Positions 24,100-35,104 of a stretch of DNA of 64,000 nucleotides are shown here, piece after piece. The stretch comes from Octopus sinensis. Taxonomy: Eukaryota. The stretch is taken from assembly GCF_006345805.1 (NCBI RefSeq), contig NC_043024.1, positions 15,190,001 to 15,254,000 of the forward strand. The letters run 5' to 3'. The translations under genes were made by a program, and so were the position numbers. The notes under the pieces are model-generated. The model ran no database searches. It was not told the origin of the DNA and saw only the letters and a program-made list of their open reading frames with translations. Position 1 is the first letter of the stretch, and each line of letters starts with the position of its first letter.

Positions 24100-24170
24100 A
24101 TCTCTGAAGAGCACATTTTTAGATAACTACCCTGTTATCTAATATCTGGTATGAAACTAATTCGTAAGAT
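24100..24170 (+). ncRNA. Minimal hammerhead motif (family H6)
   Basis: ATCT-CTGAAGA(24104)-..tagataac/gttatcta hairpin..-GAAAC-TAATTC-GTA-AGAT. Confidence 0.55.
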
Positions 24171-25478
24171 TAGCTGAAATGGATCTCTAATACTGTATAC
24201 TTTTGATATGTATATATATGTTTGTATGTCTATATGTCTGTCCGTATGTACGTTTGCATGTCTGTATGTATGTATGTATGTGTGTATGAATGCGTGTGTT
24301 TATGTATGCATGTGCATTTATGAATGTATATCATCGTTCAGTTTTATTTCAAGATTTCTTGCCAATAGAGAAAGAACCAGTTTCCCACCTAGATCCAAGC
24401 CTCCTTCATTGGTATTTCAACATCAACAACAGGCTATTTTTGTATGTATGTATGTATGTATGTATGTATGTATGTATGTATGTATGTACGTACGTATGTA
24501 TGTATGTATATGTGTAGATTTGTATGTTTTGTTTTATGTATGTATTCTCATGCATATAGATGAATATCTAGACATGCTCATATATACTTAAATGATGAAC
24601 GTCTGGTAAGTTTTACAGAGTTTTTACAGTTTCAGTGATGAATTGGGTCTGTAGTCTATGAATTAGCTTTCTCCTTTCTTGTTTTGAGAAGGCCAATTTC
24701 TCAAGATTGGTATTTAGGCAGTGTGTTTCATATCCTAGGACCCTAATAATTACATGTATAAACCTGTATATATGTATATGCATAAGGAAGCACAAGGAGA
24801 CAGCAATCATTTATGAAGATGGAATAATCACCATATATATATATATATATATATATATAGGAAGATATATTATATATATATATACATGCATATATGTATA
24901 TATATAATAATATATATATATATATAAAACAGTACAATTTCTCCATTACACACACACACACACACATGTATACACACACTAGCATACACACACACACACA
25001 CACACACACACAATAAGAATTGCTCTCTCAACTGATTTTGGGCTTCAATGAAATTTCTTTGTTTAGAATTTAATATTTAAAGAGATTGGGAAAATATTTA
25101 TCAGAATCTTCATTTGATGACTTGAAAAAAATACCAAACTTTGCTTCTATAATTGAAAGCTATATAAATGGTGTTTCTATTTCTAGAGTTTAGTATTGCT
25201 GATTGTAATGGTGTTGTTGTTGCTGTTGCCTGGGCTCCTAACCAATCCTCTTGGAGAAGACCCATGGCCTGTGGTTGCTTCCCAGTTATGTGCTCTCAGG
25301 TTCAGCCCCTCTGACTGTATTGTGTAAGTATTTTCTGCAATATCTTCCAGGTGACCAAAGCCAAATCTTTGTGAAAGGATTTCTAAGAAGCTCATGATGT
25401 GTGTGTGTGTGTGTGTTTGTACATGTACGCAAAATTATTCTCTAAAAAGACATGCTCTATTTTCTTTCCATTCTTGCC

Positions 25479-25549
25479 ATCTCTGAAGAGCACATTTTTA
25501 GATAACTACCCTGTTATCTAATATCTGGTATGAAACTAATTCGTAAGAT
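25479..25549 (+). ncRNA. Duplicate of the H6 hammerhead motif
   Basis: Same sequence as 24100-24170, offset by 1379. Confidence 0.55.
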
Positions 25550-26268
25550 TAGCTGAAATGGATCTCTAATACTGTATACTTTTGATATGTATATATATGT
25601 TTGTATGTCTATATGTCTGTCCGTATGTACGTTTGCATGTCTGTATGTATGTATGTATGTGTGTATGAATGCGTGTGTTTATGTATGCATGTGCATTTAT
25701 GAATGTATATCATCGTTCAGTTTTATTTCAAGATTTCTTGCCAATAGAGAAAGAACCAGTTTCCCACCTAGATCCAAGCCTCCTTCATTGGTATTTCAAC
25801 ATCAACAACAGGCTATTTTTGTATGTATGTATGTATGTATGTATGTATGTATGTATGTATGTATGTACGTACGTATGTATGTATGTATATGTGTAGATTT
25901 GTATGTTTTGTTTTATGTATGTATTCTCATGCATATAGATGAATATCTAGACATGCTCATATATACTTAAATGATGAACGTCTGGTAAGTTTTACAGAGT
26001 TTTTACAGTTTCAGTGATGAATTGGGTCTGTAGTCTATGAATTAGCTTTCTCCTTTCTTGTTTTGAGAAGGCCAATTTCTCAAGATTGGTATTTAGGCAG
26101 TGTGTTTCATATCCTAGGACCCTAATAATTACATGTATAAACCTGTATATATGTATATGCATAAGGAAGCACAAGGAGACAGCAATCATTTATGAAGATG
26201 GAATAATCACCATATATATATATATATATATATATAGGAAGATATATATATATATATATATATATATA

Positions 26269-26480
26269 CAGGGTAGCCCAAAAGTAGGTTTACAGTAATT
26301 CAACTATCTCTTTTGCATTCATATATTAACAGTTTAGATTTATTTAAAAAAATATTATTAAACCATTATTCTGTGCTAATTTAGTTAATTGTATGATAGA
26401 AATTTAAATGTAATAAAATGTTTTAAAAGGATCTTAAAGTGCTTACGTGATAACTGTAAACCTACTTTTGGGCCACCCTG
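26269..26480. mobile_element. 212-bp Tc1/mariner-type MITE
   Basis: TIRs cagggtagcccaaaagtaggtttacagt / actgtaaacctacttttgggccaccctg, flanked by TA. Confidence 0.9.
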
Positions 26481-26512
<32 letters not shown>

Positions 26513-26521
26513 TGAATATCA

Positions 26522-26960
26522 AGGTGCAGGTGTGGCTGTATGGTAAGAAGTTTGCTTGCCAGTCACCAGTTTCTTGGTTCAGTTCCACTGTGTAGCACCT
26601 TGGGTAAGTGTCTTCTACTATAGCTCATGGTCAACTGAAGCCTAGTGGATTTGGTGGGCAGAAACTGAAAGAAGCTCATCAGATACTGTACATGTATGTG
26701 TGTGTGTATGTCCTTGTCTTGACATTGTAAGATAGTTGTAAATGAGTGTCACTGTTATACAAGCAGTGTCATTCATTTCCAATATTCTGCAAGAAAATTT
26801 GTGGCCATTGGGGAAATATTACCTTGTTTGGAAAATAGGTAAAGGATGACAAAAGGAAGGACATCCGGGCATAGAAAAATCTATCTGCCTCAGTAAACTC
26901 GGTCTGACTCATGCCAGCCTGGAAAAGTGGACTTTAAATCTATGACGATGACAATGATGA
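26522..26960 (+). mobile_element. SINE with family-A-like head and RTE-like tail
   Basis: ggtgcaggtgtggctgtatggtaagaagtttg head; aggaaggacatccgggcatagaaa..catgccagcctggaaaagtggac tail. Confidence 0.65.
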
Positions 26961-27065
26961 AAGAGGTATAAAAATATTTTGAAATTGATCAAAATATAAC
27001 AAGTCTGGAATACTGAGGTACCATTGTTAATGTTCTTTTTTACTACATCCTCCCTTCTCCATTTA

Positions 27066-27085
27066 CAGCAACAACAACAACAACA

Positions 27086-27174
<89 letters not shown>

Positions 27175-27226
27175 TACTACTACTACTACTACTACATCAC
27201 CACCACTATCACTTCTACTGCTAATA

Positions 27227-27276
<50 letters not shown>

Positions 27277-27344
27277 ACTACTACTACTACTACTATAACT
27301 ACTATGACCATATCATAATTACTACTACCACCACCACCACCACC

Positions 27345-27384
<40 letters not shown>

Positions 27385-27572
27385 TTACTACTACTACTAC
27401 TAGTACCACAATCACTTCTGCTAATACTATGGCTATTGCTATATTACCACCACCACTACTACTACTACTACTAGTAAAACCACCACCACTATTACTACTA
27501 CTACTACTACTATAACTACTATGACCATATCATAATTACTACTACTACCACCACCACCACCACCACCACCAT

Positions 27573-27645
<73 letters not shown>

Positions 27646-27690
27646 ACTACTACTACGACCATACCACCACCATCACCACCACCACCACTT
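27066..27690. repeat. Compound (CAA)(ACT)(GCT)(ACC) trinucleotide array
   Basis: Directly visible; internal block tataactactatgaccatatcataattact is duplicated. Confidence 0.9.
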
Positions 27691-28055
27691 TGATAGCAGA
27701 AAGCAAAAATAAAAAAACATAAAACTTAGATATGATAATTGCAGGGAAGAAGGTTTATTTTTTGTGTATGTGTGTGTGAGACAAGTGAAACAAAGAGGAA
27801 ACACTTGTAGACAGTTCCAGGAAGATTCAAAGACTTCTCACCAATGGTATCGAGTCAAACTATCTCTCGGATCAATAGTGAACTTCGAGTTTAATTATTG
27901 ATGCTGTATTGGCAAAGAATATTCCATCATTGATGTTTTCAATGGAGCATGGAATTTTTGAAGAAATTTGTAGTTTTGAAGAAAATCTATTCTGGAGTAT
28001 TTTGGTGTTTGTGCAGATATAGAATGAAAAGTTATTGAATATGTTTATATATATA

Positions 28056-28107
<52 letters not shown>

Positions 28108-28207
28108 TATATATATACATATAAATATATATATATGCATATATATATATAATATATATATATATATGTATGTATATATCTATATATATATATAAATATA
28201 TATATGC

Positions 28208-28242
<35 letters not shown>

Positions 28243-28255
28243 CACACACACACAC

Positions 28256-28289
<34 letters not shown>

Positions 28290-28329
28290 ACGTGCATATA
28301 TGGGTACAGGACGAGTAACATAAAGAATG

Positions 28330-28615
28330 ACCTTTCATCAGTTGTCTTGGCATATGACGTAGTGGTAAAGAGCGCGGGTTACTAACCCCAAGATTCTTAG
28401 TTCGATTCCAGGCAGTGGCCTGAATAATAATTATGATGATGATGATAATAATAATAATAATAATAACATGGAAAAATACCTTAGGAATAAGAACCCAGGT
28501 TTGAAATTTCTCCAAGACACCCGAGGAAGGCTGGTGGGTGTATCAGCCGAAACGTTGTGTTAACAACAAACAAGATGAGGACAATTATCCATCAAATGTA
28601 AATAATGTAAATAAT
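28330..28615 (+). mobile_element. SINE-like element: tRNA-like head, (AAT)n spacer, hammerhead-like tail
   Basis: A box TGACGTAGTGG, B box AGTTCGATTCC; tail acac-CCGAGGA-a-ggctg..cagcc-GAAAC-GTT-gtgt; ends (tgtaaataa)x2. Confidence 0.6.
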
Positions 28616-28797
28616 GTTATAATTTGTGTATTTTATAATTTATAATTTTTCAGTTTTCACTTGGTTCTTCAGAGTTTTGTAAGTAATTTCTATTTTTTAT
28701 TTTATATATATTTCTTTTATAAGCTATTTTTAATTTTTTAATTTTAAAACAGACGTTATTATATATTAAACCCTTCTCCTGACTTAACCTACAACTT

Positions 28798-29010
28798 ACA
28801 TGGTTTGATCAATAAGTATCCGGATTGATGCTATAGTAACAAAGCTAAAGCACCACACAGAGTGAAGCCACTGGGTAAAGATTGACCTTGAACTCTGCTG
28901 TGCTGCTTGGAACAGATTGACCTTGAACTCTGCTGTGCATGTGCACTAAGTTTTAATGTTCTAGCTCACTTCTGCTGTTTACAGCAGTGCATTGAAGGAA
29001 GGTGTGTAGC
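28798..29010. mobile_element. Possible mariner-derived MITE end
   Basis: tacatggtttgatcaataagtatccgga resembles a mariner TIR; internal 25-bp direct repeat; partner TIR not found. Confidence 0.3.
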
Positions 29011-29391
29011 ACCTTCCTTCCAAGAATGGAATAAGTGGAGCAAGAACACATTCGAAAACAAAAAGTGTCACGGAAGAGGTCACAGAGGTGTGAGAAAAGA
29101 TTTCCTGACAATAGACATGAGTTAGAATAAGAACAGTTATAAATGAGGCAAGAACGAATATATAGCGCACGTGTTTATTTGGCAAAAAAAGTAAAAAAAG
29201 ACTGTCCCGAAATACAACAAAATCTGTTTCAACACAGGACTTCACATCAGGAGACTTGCAACACACACACATGTTGTAGCAGAAGTAACACCCTCTTTGC
29301 ATTTAATAATTTTATTGTATATAAATGATCATTAATTTTTTATTGAACACAAATTTATTGCATTACTTAGGAAAACAAATAATGAACTAAT

Positions 29392-29792
29392 GCGCAGGAG
29401 TGACTGTGTGGTAAGTAGCTTGCTAACCAACCACATGGTTCCGGGTTCAGTCCCACTGCTTGGCATCTTGGGCAAGTGTCTTCTGCTATAGCCCCGGGCC
29501 GACCAATGCCTTGTGAGTGGATTTGGTAGACGGAAACTGAAAGAAGCCTGTCGTATATATGTATATGTATGTATGTGTGTGTCTGTGTTTGTCCCACTAG
29601 CATTGCTTGACAACCGATGCTGGTGTGTTTATGTCCCCGTTACTTAGCGGTTCGGCAAAAGAGACTGATATAATAAGCACTGGGCTTATAAAAGAATAAG
29701 TCCCAGGGTCGAGTTGCTTGATTAAAGGCGGTGCTCCAGCATGGCCGCAGTCAAATTACTGAAACAAGTAAAAGAGTAAAAGAGTAAGAGTA
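29392..29792 (+). mobile_element. SINE family A, young full-length copy
   Basis: CpG-retaining complete head-spacer-tail. Confidence 0.85.
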
Positions 29793-29914
29793 ATGAAAAA
29801 ATCGTAGAACTTTTACGAAATATAAAACGAAACTCAATTGGCAACTAGAAACCTTAAATACAAAGGGCTTTATTTCTGCTGCACCTTGTGTGTGTGTATA
29901 TATATATATAGATC

Positions 29915-29993
<79 letters not shown>

Positions 29994-30529
29994 TTAAGAG
30001 ACAGAATCATCCTCAAGCAACTCAATCATCATTGAACGACATTATCCATGATAGGTACATATAGGACTAAATATTAAAAATTATTAAAATTAATATCTAC
30101 AATTCTTATTCTAAATCATATACATTGCATTATATAAACTATGCGCATTTCATGACAACATATTCCTCAATATTGCTGAAGTAGAAAAGACATGACAAAC
30201 TAAAATTATATAACTAGAAGTTGTTGGAATAATTTTACAAAAATGTGGAATAAAAGTAGGAAAAAGAAATATTAACTTATCTGTAAGGTAATTTTCTCTC
30301 TATGAATTAAACATGGCTACCAAATGACACAATCGTATAATCATATAATATATATATATATATACACATACATAGGGCGCAAGAGTGGCTGTGTGGTAAG
30401 TAGCTTGCTTACTAACCACATAATTCTGGGTTCAGTCCTGGGCAAGTGTCTTCTACTATAGCCCTGAGCCGTTTAAAGCCTTGTGTGTGGATCTGGTAGA
30501 TGGAAACTGAAAGAAGCCTGTCATATATA

Positions 30530-32053
30530 CAGCCTTGGCCAAAAGTATTGGGCCACTTTGATGTTTTGGAGTTCTGCTGTCTTAATGTTAATGAAACTTG
30601 TGCACATAGTACATTATGGTGTATTTCACAATATGCATTAGTTTTAATATCTGGCTGACCCTCCTTTACCATCAATTACTGCTTTTATACAGTTAGGCAT
30701 TGAATCAACTAGTTTCTTGCAGGTGCTAGGCACAATTTTACTCCATTCTTCTCTCAACTTTTGTTAGAAATGCTCTTTATTTTTAATTGTTGTGTTCCTG
30801 ACAGCTTCACCAAGAGTTCCCCATAGGTGTTCAATTGGATTTAGATCGAGACTTTGAGCTGACCAGTCCGTAGGAACAATACTCTGTGTCTCAAACCATT
30901 GATGAGTATTCTTTGCTGTATGACATGGAGCGTTATCCTGTTGAAAGATAACACAGTTTTTTGACACTCCTGGATGCAATTTAGCAATTGATGGCTCTAA
31001 AACATCTGATAACATAAAACCATAGGTAGCTGAATTTATCCTTCCCTGACATAAAAACATTTCTCCAGGTCCTGTGGCAGACATTCAGGCCCACACCATA
31101 ATAGAACCACTCCCATGTTTTACGGTTGGTACCAGGCATTCAGCCTTAAATGCTTCCCCAACTCTGCAATGCACGAAAATTGCACCAGATGTACTGAAAA
31201 CCTGAATAAAAACATGAAAATAATATTAGCTTTATGTTGGATACTTTTTTTTTATATATTTTGGGCAACAAACCAGTTATGTTGATTGAATACTATCTTA
31301 CATCATAGTTACTTTCATCAGACCATATGACTTTTGACCATTGCTCACTGGTCCAATTTGAGTGGTTTTTGGCCCACTGAAGACGTTTTTCCATATTTGC
31401 TTCAGAAACCCATGACTTCTTCCTGGCATTTCAGCCTTTCAGACCGTACTCCACAAGCCTTCTTCTAACAATTCTGGTTGATATTTGTGAAGTACTTGCC
31501 TTGCTGACGTCTGCACAGAGCTCCGACAATGTTTTTCTCCTGTTTCTGAGAGGCTGATGGATAATGGATCTGTCATAATGAGGTGATGTAACCATTTTTC
31601 TGCCTGTCCTTTGTATAGTCTTCACATCTTTTGTCTCTCAGAAGCTCTTGAGAGTCATTTGCACTGCACATCAAGAACATTTCATCATCTGAGCTTTCCA
31701 GACATTCCATCTTCATGATGAGCTATGATTTCATCTCACTCACACTCACTCATTTCCCTTGTCTTAGGCATTTTACTGTTTATTAACTGTATCTACAATG
31801 TGTTTTAGCATAAAACTCTGAAATAATCAAGGAAACATAAGTTAATTTTGGATGTTGGTCTTACTCATAATTGGTTGCATATGTACAGTGCAGTATAAAA
31901 GCGGTAATTGATGCTAATGGAGGATCAACCAGATATCAAAACTAATGCATATTGTGAAATTAACCATAATCTACCATGTGCACGAGTTTCATTAACTTTG
32001 AGATCACAGAACACCAAAACATTGGGATGGTCTAATACTTTTGGCCAAGGCTG
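30530..32053 (-). mobile_element. Full-length Tc1-family transposon (1524 bp) with ~160-bp TIRs
   Basis: cagccttggccaaaagtatt.. / ..aatacttttggccaaggctg, TA on both sides. Confidence 0.95.
30644..31771 (-). pseudogene. Tc1 DD34E transposase pseudogene with a 100-bp intron
   Basis: MPKTREMSE..VRRRLVEYGL..WSDESNYD|VFSTSGAIFV..PTVKHGSGSIMVW..FQQDNAPCHTAK..SLDLNPIEHLW; several stops and frameshifts. Confidence 0.9.
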
Positions 32054-32409
32054 TATATATATATATGTGTGTGTGGTGTGTGTGTGTGTGTGTGTGAATG
32101 TGTATATTTGTGTATCTGTGTTTATTCCCCATCATCACTTGACAACTGATATTGGTGTGTTTATGTCCTCGTAACTTAGCGGTTCAGCAACAGAGACCAA
32201 TAGAATAAGTACTAGGCTTACAAAGTATAAATCCTAATGTCAAATTGTTCGACTAAAACGGCGGTGCTCCAGTATGGCCACAGTCAAATAACAGATAAGT
32301 AAAAGACACACTCTGTCTGTGACTCTCTCTCTCTTGGGTACTTATTTATTGATCAGTAAAGGATGAAAGGAAAAAATGGATCTTGATAGAAATTTGCATT
32401 CATAGCATT

Positions 32410-32555
32410 CATTTGAATGGTTTTTGGCCCACTGAAGACGTTTTTCCATATTCGCTTCAGAAACCTATGGCTTCTTCCTGGCTTTATAGCCTTTCGGGCC
32501 ATACTCCACAAGCCTTCTTCTAACAATTCTGGTTGATATTTGTGAAGTATTTGCC
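32410..32555 (-). mobile_element. Orphan internal fragment of the same Tc1 family
   Basis: Matches ~31355-31500 with scattered substitutions. Confidence 0.85.
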
Positions 32556-33774
32556 TTGTTAAGTCCGCACAGAGATAAAATCCTGATAAGCATCTTGTTT
32601 GACACACTGAAGATTCTGTCAATTTGCCACCTTGATAATAGTTCTTTATAATGTCAGCACAAAGAATGAAATTTCAGGGAGTTGGGTGTAGTTGATTATG
32701 TTGATCCCAGTTCTTGACTGGTATTTATTTTTTTATTGACCCTAAAGGATGAACTCAGGGATGTAAAGTGCCAGAAGAAATCCTGATAAGCATGTTGTCC
32801 AAAACTCTAAAGATTCTGTCTGTTACATTTTGGTCTGCCTGACCAAAACAATAAAGTCTGTTTATTGATTGTCATGAGCATTCCTTGTGATCATAATATC
32901 TCTGCAAAAGAAGGCGGCAAGCTGGTAGAAACATTAGCATGCCGGGCGAAATGCTAAAGGATAAAAACATTGGTCAACCCAAAGTAATCACCAAAGACAC
33001 TTTGTCCAAACTGCAGTGCTATGCAGTGGAATTGAAACCGAAATCTACATGGTTACAAAGTGAACCTCTGGACCTCACACAGTCATGCTTACTTTTCAAG
33101 AAATCACGAAACCAATCATTGTGCATTAGTTTACTATAAAATATATAAGTTACAGGAAAACTGTTAGTGAAAATGAAACCTATAATCACCAATTCTAATG
33201 TCTGCTACTTTTACAGGCGTTCTTTGCACAGGCACTGAATTATCTGCAAGACAACCTGTAAATATTCCTCTAGCTTCAGTCTTCTTCAATCAATGATAAT
33301 CTTGCCTGGAAGAACAAGGTGTCTTTATCTCTTTCCTTTGACCTCACTTTGACAGATACCATCCTGCCGCTATAATTTGGAGTCAATTCTCCAAGACCTA
33401 GATATCTTTCAAAACAAAAATCAATAGCTAAAGATGCCGGTAATTGCTTCACTCCAAGAAACACATCTTCTTCGTGATGATGACAATGACGACGACGATG
33501 ACGACAATGATGAAGATGAGGAGGCAGAAAGGAGAGAGAGAGAGAGAGCAGGGCTGGATGGTAGGTGGTGTGGCGGGGTGTAGTTGTTGGGCATACCGCA
33601 TCTATTTCAGTAATAAAACAGATAATGTGGTAGCTAACAATCGATCACAAACAGTAAAAAAAAAAGAAAAAAAAGAAAAGAAAAAGAAAGAAGAAAAAGA
33701 AACGAAAGAAAAAGAAAATCGCAAGACTATTGTCAATAATAACATTTTAACTACTTCGGCTGTAATTCATTTTA

Positions 33775-33837
33775 TTTTCATTATTATTATTATTATTGTT
33801 GTTGTTGTTGTTGTTGTTATTATTATTATTATTATTA

Positions 33838-33884
<47 letters not shown>

Positions 33885-33974
33885 GTTGTTGTTGTTGTTG
33901 TTGTTGTTATTATTATTATTATTATTATTATTTTTTCGTTATTATTTTCGTTATTATTATTATTATTATTATTA

Positions 33975-34018
<44 letters not shown>

Positions 34019-34037
34019 CATTATTATATTATTATTA

Positions 34038-34125
<88 letters not shown>

Positions 34126-34213
34126 GTTATTATTATTATTATTATATTATATATTATTATTATTATTATTATTATTACTATTATTATTATTATCATTATT
34201 ATTATTATATTAC

Positions 34214-34249
<36 letters not shown>

Positions 34250-34420
34250 ATTATTATTATTATTGTTATTATTATTATTATTATTTTATTATTATTATTA
34301 TTATCATTATTATTATTATATTATTATTACTATATTATTATTATCATTATTATATTATTATTATTATTATATTATTATTATTATTATTGTTATTATTATT
34401 ATTATTGCTGTTGTTGTTTA
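33775..34420. repeat. ~650-bp (ATT)n/(GTT)n microsatellite
   Basis: Directly visible. Confidence 0.95.
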
Positions 34421-34859
34421 CTTGTTTTTATTGTAAATACTCGAAGAAGATGAAATCTCTAAACGTTGTGTTTATCGCATCATTTCGGATAAAATTTCAG
34501 CTCTTCAGACAGAACATTGATTTAGAAATACAAAATTTCCAGAATATTCTCCAGAATGAGTTTCATTAAGGGGGGAAAAAAAAAAGCAAAAAAAAAAAGC
34601 ATCTTATAAAGTTGGCCATAAGTCTATAATAAAAAGCCTGTCAGAGAAGACATGATACAAAAGGCAATGCTCCAGCATGACCTCACTTTGATGTGGTAGT
34701 GGTGGTGGTTGTGGTGGTGATGGGGGCTCTCACTTTATGTCCTCCTTTTCCTCCTCCTCCCAAAAGAAACAAGCATAAACTGAAGACCATAAAGATTTCT
34801 TTCATCCATCCCATCCATTTTCTCTGCCTACTTTTTCTGGTGGGGTGGGGGTGGGGGGT

Positions 34860-34904
<45 letters not shown>

Positions 34905-34905
<1 letters not shown>

Positions 34906-35061
34906 GTGGCTGTGTGGTAAGTAGCTAGTTTACCAACCACATGGTTCCGGGTTCAGTCCCACTGTGTGGCACCTTGGGCAAGTGTCTTCTACTATAGCCT
35001 CGGGTCGACTAAAGCCTTGTGAGTGGATTTGGTAGACGGAAACTGAAAGAAGCCCGTCGTA

Positions 35062-35070
<9 letters not shown>
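34905..35070 (+). mobile_element. SINE family A head
   Basis: tRNA-like head through to the (TA)n spacer. Confidence 0.75.
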
Positions 35071-35092
<22 letters not shown>

Positions 35093-35104
35093 TTCTTTCT
35101 TTTT

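Larger units (their letters stand above)
23486..26246. repeat. Near-identical tandem duplication, unit ~1379 bp
   Basis: Identical ORF pairs offset by 1379 (23804/25183, 24208/25587, 24613/25992); junctions lie in (TA)n. Confidence 0.95.
30376..32305 (+). mobile_element. SINE family A split by a Tc1 insertion
   Basis: Head 30376-30527 and tail 32056-32305 on either side of the Tc1 element. Confidence 0.8.

Noticed and set aside
28350-28420. Genuine tRNA gene
   Set aside because: Acceptor stem does not pair and it runs into a repeat body; this and the other tRNA-like heads are SINE-derived
33444-34569. Long ORFs (330 aa, 257 aa) of poly-Ile/Leu/Tyr
   Set aside because: Translations of (ATT)n microsatellite; the same applies to the YI/HT/CV-repeat ORFs across the window
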